Shown: in pieces, positions 11,701-23,700 of the stretch
Position numbering within the stretch: position 1 is the stretch's first letter
How the letters are laid out: every line of letters starts with the position of its first letter
Notes under the pieces: model-generated
Told to the model about the DNA's origin: nothing
The model's input: the letters and a program-made list of their open reading frames with translations, nothing else
The model's database searches: none
Assembly: GCA_950097015.1 (NCBI GenBank)
Contig: CATNEN010000001.1
Coordinates: 20,336,001-20,400,000 of the forward strand
Direction: 5' to 3'
DNA: 64,000 bases
Source of the DNA: Macrostomum hystrix
Lineage: Eukaryota > Animalia > Platyhelminthes
Program-made: the position numbers and the translations under genes

Positions 11701-14700
11701 GCGTCACACATGTGACTTTCCCTTGCCCTGCAGTTCAAGGGATTTTTCTCCCAAACCTCAGTCCATTGATTTCCTCTCTATCAACTTCTTACCTCCGTCT
11801 GAGGGTGCTACATTTTTGAGTGGTTTAAATTCAGTTCTTTTTCTCCCTCCCCTGACATTGTCAACTGAATTTAGACACAAGAAATTGAGAGAGAGAGACA
11901 GAGGCAATATGTCGGTTTGCTTTTTTTATTTCTTGTGTTCTGAGGTGAGAATCGCCTTTCAAATTGTCTGACTCATTCGCACTTTCGAGCTGCATAGCTT
12001 GTCAACAAGACGAGACAACAACATACATCCACTTATATTTAACTTGTCATTGTTAAATGGCCAAGTCTAACCTAAGCCCATTCTGTTGCTATGGGCCAGT
12101 CGGGTGGGCTATTGCTATGAATCCTTCTACCTGTCTTAGTTATCCCATATTTGTTACCTGGGTTTTTAATTCTGTTTGTTTCGGCCAGCTGTGTGACACA
12201 ATTTCCCCCGTGACAAGCTTGCTCACTTGGGTGATAAAATTGGCCGAGCTGTGAAGTAAATTTGAGTCTGAGTTTGAGCAAATAATCCTGGAGAGGATTT
12301 TAATCCTGTGGGAATAGAATGCGACACTGAATATTGAATGAAACTAGTTCTTGTCTATTGTTTGATTGCATTCAACTCCAAAATCCATCAATTCAGTTGC
12401 ATCTGTTTGCATTATGACCACTCTATCTTGTAGAAATATGCCCACTTCCCATTTTCTCTCTTATTAACCCTTTCTTATCAATCCTCTCTTATCTATCCTC
12501 TCTTATCAACCCCATTATCCATCCTCTATAATTAATCCACTCTTATCAACCCTCTCTTATCAACCCTCTCTTATTAACCCCATTATCTATCCTCTCTAAT
12601 TAATCCACTCTTATCAATCCTCTCTTATCAACTCTCTCTTATCAATACTCTCTTATCAACCCTCTCTTATCAACCCTCCCTTATCAATCCTCTCTTATCA
12701 ACCCCATTATCTATCCTCTCTAATTAATCCACTCTTATCAATCCTCTCTTATCAATCCTCTCTTATCAACCCTCTCTTATCAACCCTCTCTTATTAACCC
12801 TTTCTTATCAATTCTCTCTTATCTATCCTCTCTTATTAACCCCATTATCTATCCTCTCTAATTAATCCACTCTTATCAATCCTCTCTTATCAACTCTCTC
12901 TTATCAATACTCTCTTATCAACCCTCTCTTATCAACCCTCTCTTATCAATCCTCTCTTATCAACCCCATTATCTATCCTCTCTAATTAATCCACTCTTAT
13001 CAGTCCTCTCTTATCAATCCTCCCTTATCAATCCTCCCTTATCCTCTCTTATCTGTCCTTTCTTATCAATCCTCTCTTATCAATCCTCCCTTCTCAACAT
13101 TCTCATATCTACTCTCTTTTATCTAGCCTCACTTCATCTTTTATCTACTCTCTACCCCTCTAATCTTCCCTTATCCATCCTCTCTGTTCCCCGTTTTCAA
13201 CTCCATCGCATTCCTCCAAGTGTTTGTCTTTCAACCCAGCAGGAATTGACAGGTCGCACACAGCAAATGAGAAGTCAATTATCATAAATTACAGACTCGT
13301 ATACTACTAATTAGCATATCGCCGCCCTCCCACGCCTGTCAGTTCGCTCAGAATTCCAGTGGGAATCAGGGAGAAGAGAGAAGATTGAAATCCCACTGCG
13401 CGGATTGAAACGCTGAGTCGAATGCCTTCCACGCCGACACTTCTGTGTCCCTCACCCGCCCGAATCCCCTTCGTCACACTCCATAGCCGCAACTCCCTGC
13501 TCACCGCACAGCTTGTTTGCTCAAGGGATAAATATCCCACTCCACACAGACCCACCACCCGCCGTGGCCCCCTCCAGCCTTGCCTGCTTGCCATTCTCTT
13601 TTTTGTTCAAATATCGATATCCTAGTGAGCGGTAAAGTGGGGGAGATTTTGGTGACATTGGCGGAGAGAATTAGAGCGACCCAACACTGAGTATGAGTTG
13701 AGTCACCTCGGAGCACAAAGCTTCGGATAGCATCACACAATCATACCGCTACCTCTTTACCTTGAATTCTAGCGATCGTCTACGTTATAAAAGCGTAGAG
13801 GCCAAAACTAAAACTGAGATCAGACAAGGGATAAATTAGACACGGGAAGAGATGAGATAGGGGGAGAGATGAGATAGATGAGAGATGAGACAGATGAGAG
13901 ATGAGACAGGGGAGAGGTGAGACAGGGGAGAGGTGAGACACGGGAGAGATGAGACACGGGAGAGATGAGACACGGGAAAGATGAGACAGGGGAGAGGTGA
14001 GACACGGGTGAGATGAGACACTGGTGAGATGAGACACGGGAAAGATGAGACAGGGGAGAGGTGAGACACGGGTGAGATGAGACACGGGAGAGGTGAGACA
14101 CAGAAGAGGTGAGACACTGGGGAGATAAGACATGGGAGAGATGAGACACGGGAAAGATGAGACAGGGGAGAGGTGAGACACGGGTGAGATGAGACACGGG
14201 TGAGATGAGACACGGGAGAGGTGAGACACGGGAGAGGTGAGGCATGGGAGAGGTGAGACACGGGAGAGGTGAGACATGGGAGAGATGAGACATGGGAGAG
14301 GTGAGACACGGGAGAGATGAGACTCGGGTGAGATGAGACACGGGTGAGATGAGACACGGGACAGGTGAGGCAAGGAAGAGATGAGACAGGAAACAGGAGG
14401 GAGCGTTACGTCCCGGACCACATCTGGCCTGTGGACTGGAGGTTGTAGATGCTTGTTAAATGAGACCTCGTTTTCATAGTTTTTATGGAAAAAGCTGATT
14501 AATGCGACCCACGAGCAGTGAAGATAACGAGCAGGTTTAGTTCTTAGTTTAGTTTAATTATTTAGTTCCATAGCTTCTAATTAGTAGATTTTTTCTTTAC
14601 ATGAAAGCTGATAGGGACTACGGAAAATACTCAAAACTCACCCGCTCCGTCAATCATCCTGGATTCGACACCATCGAGACGCACAGCCCTGTTCCTCCAC

Positions 14701-17700
14701 CGGGCAGTCACGCCATCCACCGTGGCCTCGGTCGTCAGGTCGTCCTTCTGGCCGGCCGGTCCAACGGATTCGCTGAGTCGACCCGAGGCGTCGTAGGTGA
14801 ATCGCCATCGACCGCCGCTCGGCAGAGTCACCGACGTCATTCCACCGCCGCGACGCTCGTAGTCGAACGAATACCTGCCGACGCCCTGGCAGTCGATGAC
14901 CCGAGCGTGGCCTTGCTCACCGTACTCCAGCACGCAGCCCCGACCGCTTGGCGATCGAATGCTGACATTGTGGTACTCGTGACGCAACTCCACGCTAGAG
15001 TTTCCCAGGTGAATCCTGAACACGGGCGATACCGGACTGGTATCGTAGGTGGAGTGCTCAAAGCGGTACTTGAGCACGCCTGTGACCGCATCCTCAGTGC
15101 TCAGGTGTTTGCCCTCGCTGCTGAAGGTGAAAATTTCGTCGGAATTACGCGAAGCAACTCGATAAGTCGACGAGGTTAGCGAGGGCAGGTTTGGTCGGAG
15201 TTTGAGCACGGATGTACCAGCAGCCAGGTAGACATTGCCCAGAGGACCAACCGCAATGCCAGTCATTGGTCCGGATGATGTTAAACGATCCGAGTTCTCA
15301 ACAGGGAAGGCTTGCAGTCGGCCGTCAGACCGCAGAACCCACAGCCCGTCGGCTTGGGCAATCAGCAGCTCCCCCTGCGGCGTGAAGTCGATGCTCTGTG
15401 GTGAGCTCAGTCGCTGATTGACCGCCTTATCGGCCTCCTGGACGGAGGCGGGACAATGCGGCGGTCGACCAGCGATTAGAGCGACCCGACCAGATTCTGG
15501 CGACACTCGAAACACGCTGTGGTCGTCGATGAAGTACAAACTATCGTCCAATGGGTTGCAGGCCAGGTCGACTGGCCAGCGAATCGGCAGCGACCCGGCG
15601 GAGCTCGCAGGTGGAGCGTCGGCCTCTTGGCACGGCCAGGGTTTGTGTCCCGTCAGTGGGCCGCCGTTTCCAGCAACCACAACTTCGGGCACAGCGGCAG
15701 GCGTCCCTGAACCAACTCGCAGCCGCATGATGCTGTAGGTCTCCACATAGTACACGACTCCGTTGGAGTCAACTGTGAGAGCTCTCGGCGTTGACTCCGA
15801 CGTCGATGGCAGGGCAATCCTGGTCGGCGGAGCGAGGTTCAGCGGCACACGGATGATCTCCCGCCGGCCGGCGTCGCTGAGGTAGACTGCGGCGCGATCC
15901 GGAGGACTGGACGGGTCGTTGGCCAGGTAGAGCACCTTGGTGCCGGGAAACTTCGCCGGCTGAAGGTCCAGAAGAGTTCGAGGCGGCTCGCCGTCCGGTG
16001 GCAGAATCGACAGACGGCGGGTTGTGGGATCGGCGAAGATCACGTGACCTGTGGCAGTTACGACCAGGCTCCACCGGGGAGAGCCTTGGCCAGACGCGGC
16101 GGGCGACGTGAGACTGTCTATGGTCCAGGCTCTCTGTCTCAGGTACTCGGTGGAACCGTCGCCCAGGTGAAGAACGCCTGTGGAGAATTTTGATTGGCCC
16201 GAAAAATTGAAGTAAAAAAGTCGCGGCAGAAATTGTAGTTTCGTGATACAAATTAGCTTTGGTTTCTTAGTCAGCTTACCGGCCTCATAATCGTAGGCGT
16301 GCACCTGGTCGATGCTCCACTGGCCTAGACGCGATGGCACCAGCTCGGCGCCAGGTAGCAGATGGGCCCGGGTTTGCCACACAATGCCATTACACTGCGA
16401 GTATCTGTAGCCAACTGACACTGCAAGTTTCAATTTGGAAGTTCCTGAGTAGTGCTGTGCAGTAGAGTACACCTGATAACTGTTAGGCTGAGTTGAAGCT
16501 TTTGGAGAGAGTAAAACCTTTTACACTGGGAGATACCTGTTAGACGTGAGATATCTGTCAGACAGGGAGCTACCTCTTAGACTGGGAGATACCTGTTAGA
16601 CTGGAAGATACCTGTTAGACTGCGAGATACGTGTTAGATACGAGACACCTGTTAGAAACAAGATACCTGTTAGACATGAGATACCTGTTAGACATGAGAT
16701 ACATGTTAGACATGAGATACATGTTAGACATGAGATACCTGTTAGACAGGGAGATACCTGTTAGACAGGGAGATACCTGTTAGACAGGGGGATACCTGTT
16801 AGACACGAGATACCTGTTCATGAATGAAAAACTCACCCCTAGCCTCAGCCAGTCCTGTCAGCGGCCTGGCGAACGGGTCCATCCGGTCCCACTGGAAGCT
16901 GTGCGTGAGGTTTGGCCTCGGCTGGAGTTTCAGCTGCTCGACGCTGCCTCCGACGCTCAGCTGGCAGAGCACCTCAGTGAGGCCTGATGGCACAGAGCTG
17001 CCGATGAGTTTCACCGGCAGAAGCTCCTTGTATCCTGCCGCCCGAGTTGAACTGTACGCCAGGCTGAACGGACTGTCTGGTACGGGGATTCTTAAACTGA
17101 CGGCCTGCCTGTCCAGTAGAATCCCATCCGGAAGTTTTGACGGCGATGCCGACTCGGCCCGTATGATGCTGGGCCATGGCACAACAGCTGGCAGATTTGA
17201 GCAGCCGCTGTCGACCCGCCTCTTATCTGAGTACACCTGAGCAAATTTGGAACTGCTCAAGCTGGCTGATGCGGCTGACAGCAGATAATTTCCTGAGTCG
17301 CTCGGCGTCACGAAAATATTTCCCAGATTAAGAAAGGAATTAGCTGGCACACCGCGAAGATCAATTTTCACTGGAAGCGATCGATGATTCGGCGCGTAGT
17401 CTCGACTGAGCCTGAGCGACACGATGCCGGTTCCGCCCGATGCCGACACGACTAGGATAAATTTCCCGCCCGCACTTGATAGGCTGTAGCCGCCGTTCGG
17501 ATTCTGCGAGTCCGACTGGCGACTGGAGATCAGCGGACTGCCGTCCGTCAGGATTAGGCGGCCAATGATCACAGACATGCGCCTGGTGGGGAGAAATTGG
17601 ACCGGTTAGACACGTGTTAGACAAGTTCGTGTAACATGTTAGACATTTTCGAATAAGGTGCTAGACATGTTCGAATAACATGTTAGACATGTTCGAATAA

Positions 17701-20700
17701 CATGTTAGACATGTTCGAATAACATGTTAGAAATGTTCGAATAACATGTTAGATTGTTCGAATAAGTTTAAGTAAGATGTTAGACAAGTTTAAATAAGGT
17801 GTTAGACATGTTCGAATAAGGTGTTAGACATGTTCGAATAAGGTGTTAGACATGTTCGAATAAGGTGTTAGACAGGCTCGAATAAGGTGTTGTTAGACAT
17901 TTTTGAAAATAATGTTAGACATGATCGAAAAAGATGTTAGACAAGTTTAAATAAAATGTTAGACATGTTCGAATAGGGTGTTAGGCATGATCAAATAAGA
18001 TGCAGGACATGTTCGAATAATTTTGAATAAAATGTTTCACATTATTGAATAAGGTCTTGAAGATTTTCGAATAAGATGTTAGACAAGTTTTAAAAAGTTG
18101 TTAGACATGTTCGAATAAGGTCTTGGACATGTTCAAATAAGATGTAAGACATGTTCGAATACGGTGTTAGACGTGTTCTAATAAGATGTTAAACATGCTC
18201 AAATAAGATGTTAGACATGTTTGAATAAGGTCTTGAAGATGTTCGAATAAGATGTTAGACATGCTCGAATAACATGTTAGACATGTTCGAATAACATGTT
18301 AGATAGTTCGAATAAGATGTTCGACAAGTTCTATCATTCCAATAAACCTGAAACAGACAATCAGGCTTTGGGATTTAGTCCATAAAGTGTGTCAACCGCA
18401 TTGCAAGCACACAGAGTTAAAAAAACTTAGACTCTTTGTCTTCACTCCAAGCCTCACTCTCCCCTTCTTGATGCAATGAGAAACTGTCAGACACTAGTCA
18501 AAGTCTCGGTCTAAAAACTGGGCCACTGGTCTACTCAACGATGCTCAGCCGGCTTTGTTCGCGGGCTGAACCGTCAATTTGTCACCGAAATCGACTCCCG
18601 TGTGTGTGTTGACTTTTTTTCTACTAAAATGATGCTTTTCTGAAGAAAAAACTGCGTTGAGCATAGCATTAAGTCCCGTCGGCTCGATTGAGTGACTCAT
18701 TACTGCTCTAGGTAAATCGTATCTGTTCCTAAAATAACTCGTAGATTCAGTTGACTAAATTATACAACAGTCATGGTCTCTCAGTTCCTGATCCTTCAGT
18801 TCCTGATCCTTCAGTTCCTGATCCTTCAGTTCCTGATCCTTCAGTTCCTGATCCTTCAGTTCCTGATCCTTCAGTTCCTGATCCTTCAGTTCCTGATCCT
18901 TCAGTTCCTGATCCTTGAGTTCCTGATCCTTCAGTTCCTGATCCTTCAGTTCCTGATCCTTCAGTTCCTGATCCTTCAGTTCCTGATCCTTCAGTTCCTG
19001 ATCCTTCAGTTCCTGATCCTTCAGTTCCTGATCCTTCAGTTCCTGATACTTCAGTTCCTGATCCTTCAGTTCCTGATCCTTCAATTCCTGATCCTTCAGT
19101 TCCTGATCCTTCAGTTCCTGATCCTTCAGTTCCTGATCCTTCAATTCCTGATCCTTCAGTTCCTGATGCTTCAATTCCTGATCCTTCAGTTCCTGATGCT
19201 TCAGTTCCTGATCCTTCAGTTTCCTGATACTTCAGTTCCTGATCCTTCAATTCCTGATCCTTCAGTTCCTGATCCTTCAGTTCCTGATCCTTCAGTTCCT
19301 GATCCTTCAGTTCCTGATCCTTCAGTTCCTGATCCTTCAGTTCCTGATCCTTCAATTCCTGATCCTTCAATTCCTGATCCTTGAGTTCCTTATCCTTCAG
19401 TTCCTGATCCTTCAGTTCCTGATCCTTTAGTTCCTGATCCTTTAGTTCCCGATACTTCAGTTCCTGATACTTCAGTTCCTGATACTTCAGTTCCTGATCC
19501 TTTAGTTCCCGATACTTCAGTTCCCGATACTTCAGTTCCTGATCCTTCAGTTCCTGATCCTTCAGTTCCTGATCCTTCAGTTCCTGATCCTTCAGTTCCT
19601 GATCCTTCAGTTCCTGATCCTTCAATTCCTGATCCTTGAGTTCCTGATCCTTGAGTTCCTTATCCTTCAGTTCCTGATCCTTCAGTTCCTGATCCTTCAG
19701 TTCCTGATCCTTCAGTTCCCGATCCTTCAGTTCCTGATACTCCAGTTCCTGATACTTCAGTTCCTGATACTTCAGTTCCTGATCCTTTAGTTCCCGATAC
19801 TTCAGTTCCTGATCCTTCAGTTCCTGATCCTTCAATTCCTGATCCTTGAGTTCCTGATCCTCGAGTTCCTTATCCTTCAGTTCCTGATCCTTCAGTTCCT
19901 GATCCTTTAGTTCCCGATACTTCAGTTCCTGATACTCCAGTTCCTGATACTTCAGTTCCTGATACTTCAGTTCCTGATCCTTTAGTTCCCGATACTTCAG
20001 TTCCTGATCCTTCAGTTCCTGATCCTTCAGTTCCTGATCCTTCAGTTCCTGATCCTTCAGTTCCTGATCCTTCAGTTCCTGATCCTTCAATTCCTGATCC
20101 TTGAGTTCCTGATCCTTGAGTTCCTTATCCTTCAGTTCCTGATCCTTCAGTTCCTGATCCTTCAGTTCCTGATCCTTCAGTTCCCGATACTTCAGTTCCT
20201 GATACTCCAGTTCCTGATACTTCAGTTCCTGATACTTCAGTTCCTGATCCTTTAGTTCCCGATACTTCAGTTCCTGATCCTTCAGTTCCTAATCATTCAG
20301 TTCCTAATCATTCAGTTCCTGATCTTTCAGTTCCTGATCATTCAGTTCCTGATCATTCAGTTCCTGATCTTTCAGTTCCTGATCATTCAGTTCCTGATCA
20401 TTCAGTTCCTGATCATTCAGTTCACAAACCTTCAGTTCACAAACATTCAGTTCCCAAACATTCAGTTCCCAAACCTTTAATCCTTCAGTTCCCAAGCCTG
20501 CAGTTCCCAATCCTGTAATCCTTCTGTTTGCAACTGAACTGTACCGAGAAGACCAGAAAATGCAGCAAACTAACTTTCTCCTAAAGAAATCGCCACCTGT
20601 TCAAATAGAAAAAATTCTCAACCCTTAGAAACAAAAGCAATGCTTTTTCTATTTTTTCTTTTTGAAGAAGTAAGAACAATTCAACTGAGAAATTTTAGGA

Positions 20701-23700
20701 TATCCTAGATTAGTCTCTCTTATTTGCGCAATAACAAGAACAGCTCAGATGTACACAAACACGGACACAAGGCTCACAATTCCCACAGGTAGATTGAGTT
20801 CTACTCTAGACACAAATATACACACAGAGAAATATGAATTTTCATTTTCTAGATAAATATTTAGGGTATGAACCGTGATGGATGACTTTTAAACAGAAGA
20901 AAATACATGCTTTTTTATTTTCCAAACTCGGGAAAACTGCGTGGCCTAATAAAATCCCAAATTTATAAGAAAAAACCGAAGGATAAAGAGGAGGGGAGAC
21001 GAGAGAGAAACGCGAGACATGAGAGCAGGTCACGAACCGACGAGTTCATTGACGAAAAGAATTTATACAACTCAACAATGTTAGCCGCGACACACTTTAG
21101 AATTAGGAAAGATGATTTTTTTTAATTAATTTTTTTGTACTTTTATCTACGAGTACCTATGATGGTTATGGTAAGTGGTAGAGAAGGATGAGATTATGGG
21201 TTTTTCTGCTAGACAGACACAACAATAATATTATTAACTCGTAGATATAAAGAGTTCATACATTCTTGGAAAGGAAGAGACGAAGGGAGAGACGAAGGGA
21301 GTGACAGGGTAAGAAACGAAGGGAGAGATACGATAAGAGACGAAGGGAGAGACACAATAAGAGACTAAGGGAGAGACGAAGGGAGCTATAATGTAGGAGA
21401 CGAGAGGAGAGACAGGGTAAGAGACGAAGGGAGAGACACGATAAGAGACGAAGGGAGAGACAGGGTAAGAGACGAAGGAAGAGACAGGGTAAGAGACGAA
21501 GGAAGAGACAGGGTAAGAGATGAAGGGAGAGACAGGATAAGAAATGAAGGGAGAGACGAAGGGAGAGACACGATAAGAGACGAAGGGAGAGAAACAATAA
21601 GAGACGAAGGGAGAGACACAATAAGAGACGAAGGGAGAGACACAATAAGAGACGAAGGGAGAGACACAATAAGAGACGAAGGGAGAGACACAATAAGAGA
21701 CGAAGGGAGAGACACAATAAGAGACGAAGGGAGAGACACAATAAGAGACGAAGGGAGAGACACAATAAGAGACGAAGGGAGAGACAGGATAAGAGACGAA
21801 GGGAGAGACACAATAAGAGACGAAGGGAGAGACACAATAAGAGACGAAGGGAGAGACACAATAAGAGACGAAGGGAGAGACACAATAAGAGACGAAGGGA
21901 GAGACACAATAAGAGACGAAGGGAGAGACACAATAAGAGACGAAGGGAGAGACACAATAAGAGACGAAGGGAGAGACACAATAAGAGACGAAGGGAGAGA
22001 CACAATAAGAGACGAAGGGAGAGGAGACACAACAAGAGATGAAGGGAGAGACAGGATAAGAAATGAAGGGAGAGACGAAGGGAGAGACACGATAAGAGAC
22101 GAAGGGAGAGACACAATAAGAGACGAAGGGAGAGACACAATAAGAGACGAAGGGAGAGAAACAATAAGAGACGAAGGGAGAGAAACAATAAGAGACGAAG
22201 GGAGAGACAGGATAAGAAATGAAGGGAGAGACGAAGGGAGAGACACAATAAGAGACGAAGGGAGAGAAACAATAAGAGACGAAGGGAGAGACAGGATAAG
22301 AAACGAAGGGAGAGACGAAGGGAGAGACAGGGTAAAGAAACGAAGGGAGAGACGAAGGGAGAGAAACAATAAGAGACGAAGGGAGAGACGAAGGGAGAGA
22401 CAGGGTAAAGAAACGAAGGGAGAGACGAAGGGAGAGACAGGGTAAGAAATGAAGGGAGAGACGAAGGGAGAGACAGGGTACGAAATGAAGGGAGAGACGA
22501 AGGGAGAGACAGGGTAAGAAATGAAGGGAGAGACGAAGGGAGATAAGAGCGGAGAGAATTTAAAAGGCATCGTTGTTTTACTAGTTGTCATGGGCGCAGT
22601 GAAATCCCGTATTAAACGTGTGAAAGTGGCTCGTGAAGCCTGTGGAGATTATGAATATTGTATTAGAATCTGTGCGATGATCCGTAAGATTGGCAGTCAG
22701 GAGGGACTGAATTCGCGAGTGTTGCGTCATCGTGCTAAAAGCCAAGACTACGAAATTTCTCCGTTAAAAAAACTGTTAGAAAAAGTTGGAGGGTCGGAGG
22801 TTGAAACTGGTTGGAAAAAATCGAACAAGCTCAGCGTGGGGCAGGGAGGGAATCGAACTCACGACGGATCGATGCTGCCCGCTGAGTAGGCCAGCTGGAC
22901 GCTCTCCTTGCCGATGAGAAATCTCACTCGCTTCTCGAAGCTGTTAACGGCTGACAGCGGAGGCTCCGACAGCAGCACCTGTTTGGCGATGGCGCCGCCT
23001 CTGCAGGTGTCAGCCGTTGAACACTCGGCCTGGTGGCAGCAGTCAGGATCGAAGCAGTCCTGGAGACCGTCTGATGGCGAGTGGGATGCAAGTGTTGTGC
23101 TTATAGGATTATTATCAAAATCCCAAAATTAATTTTCTTTGAAATTCTGATTTTCTTAAACTGAATTCTTTTTGAATTTTGGGTTCTCTGGATTTCAAGC
23201 TATCTCATTTTGGGGTCATCTGAATTTATAGCATGATTTTTAAGAATTCTCATCGTCATCCGAAAATTTTCCGCTTAACTCAATTCTTTAAGTTCGTGCA
23301 GTTTTTTTGTTTATTTAAAAGGTAGATTTTTTATGTAAGTTTATATAGAATTGTCTAGTTGAGCACAAACACAATACTCACCTCCATCATTGTCTAAGCC
23401 GTCTGAGCACTGAGTCTCCACCGAGTACTGGCAGGCATCTCCGCGCCACATTCTTATTCCCAGGCAGACGCACTGCCAGACGACCGAGGCACCGTCAGAA
23501 ACTTGGCGACAATTGCCGTGACCACTGCACGACTGCGGGCAACCATCTGCAAACAGGATTTGGGAATTAAAAGTGGAACTGGAACAGGAACTGGAACAGG
23601 AACTGGAACAGGAACTGGAACAGGAACTGGAACAGGAACTGGAACAGGAACTGGAACAGGAACTGGAACAGGAACTGGAACAGGAACTGGAACAGGAACC

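Noticed and set aside
14400-14460. Possible small exon between exons 15 and 16
   Set aside because: Exons 15 and 16 join in phase with the expected spacing, and this segment shows no teneurin similarity.
18755-20510. Long ORFs of ELKDQ or TEGSG repeats
   Set aside because: They are translations of a 15-bp intronic minisatellite, with no flanking splice or start context and a frameshift in mid-array.
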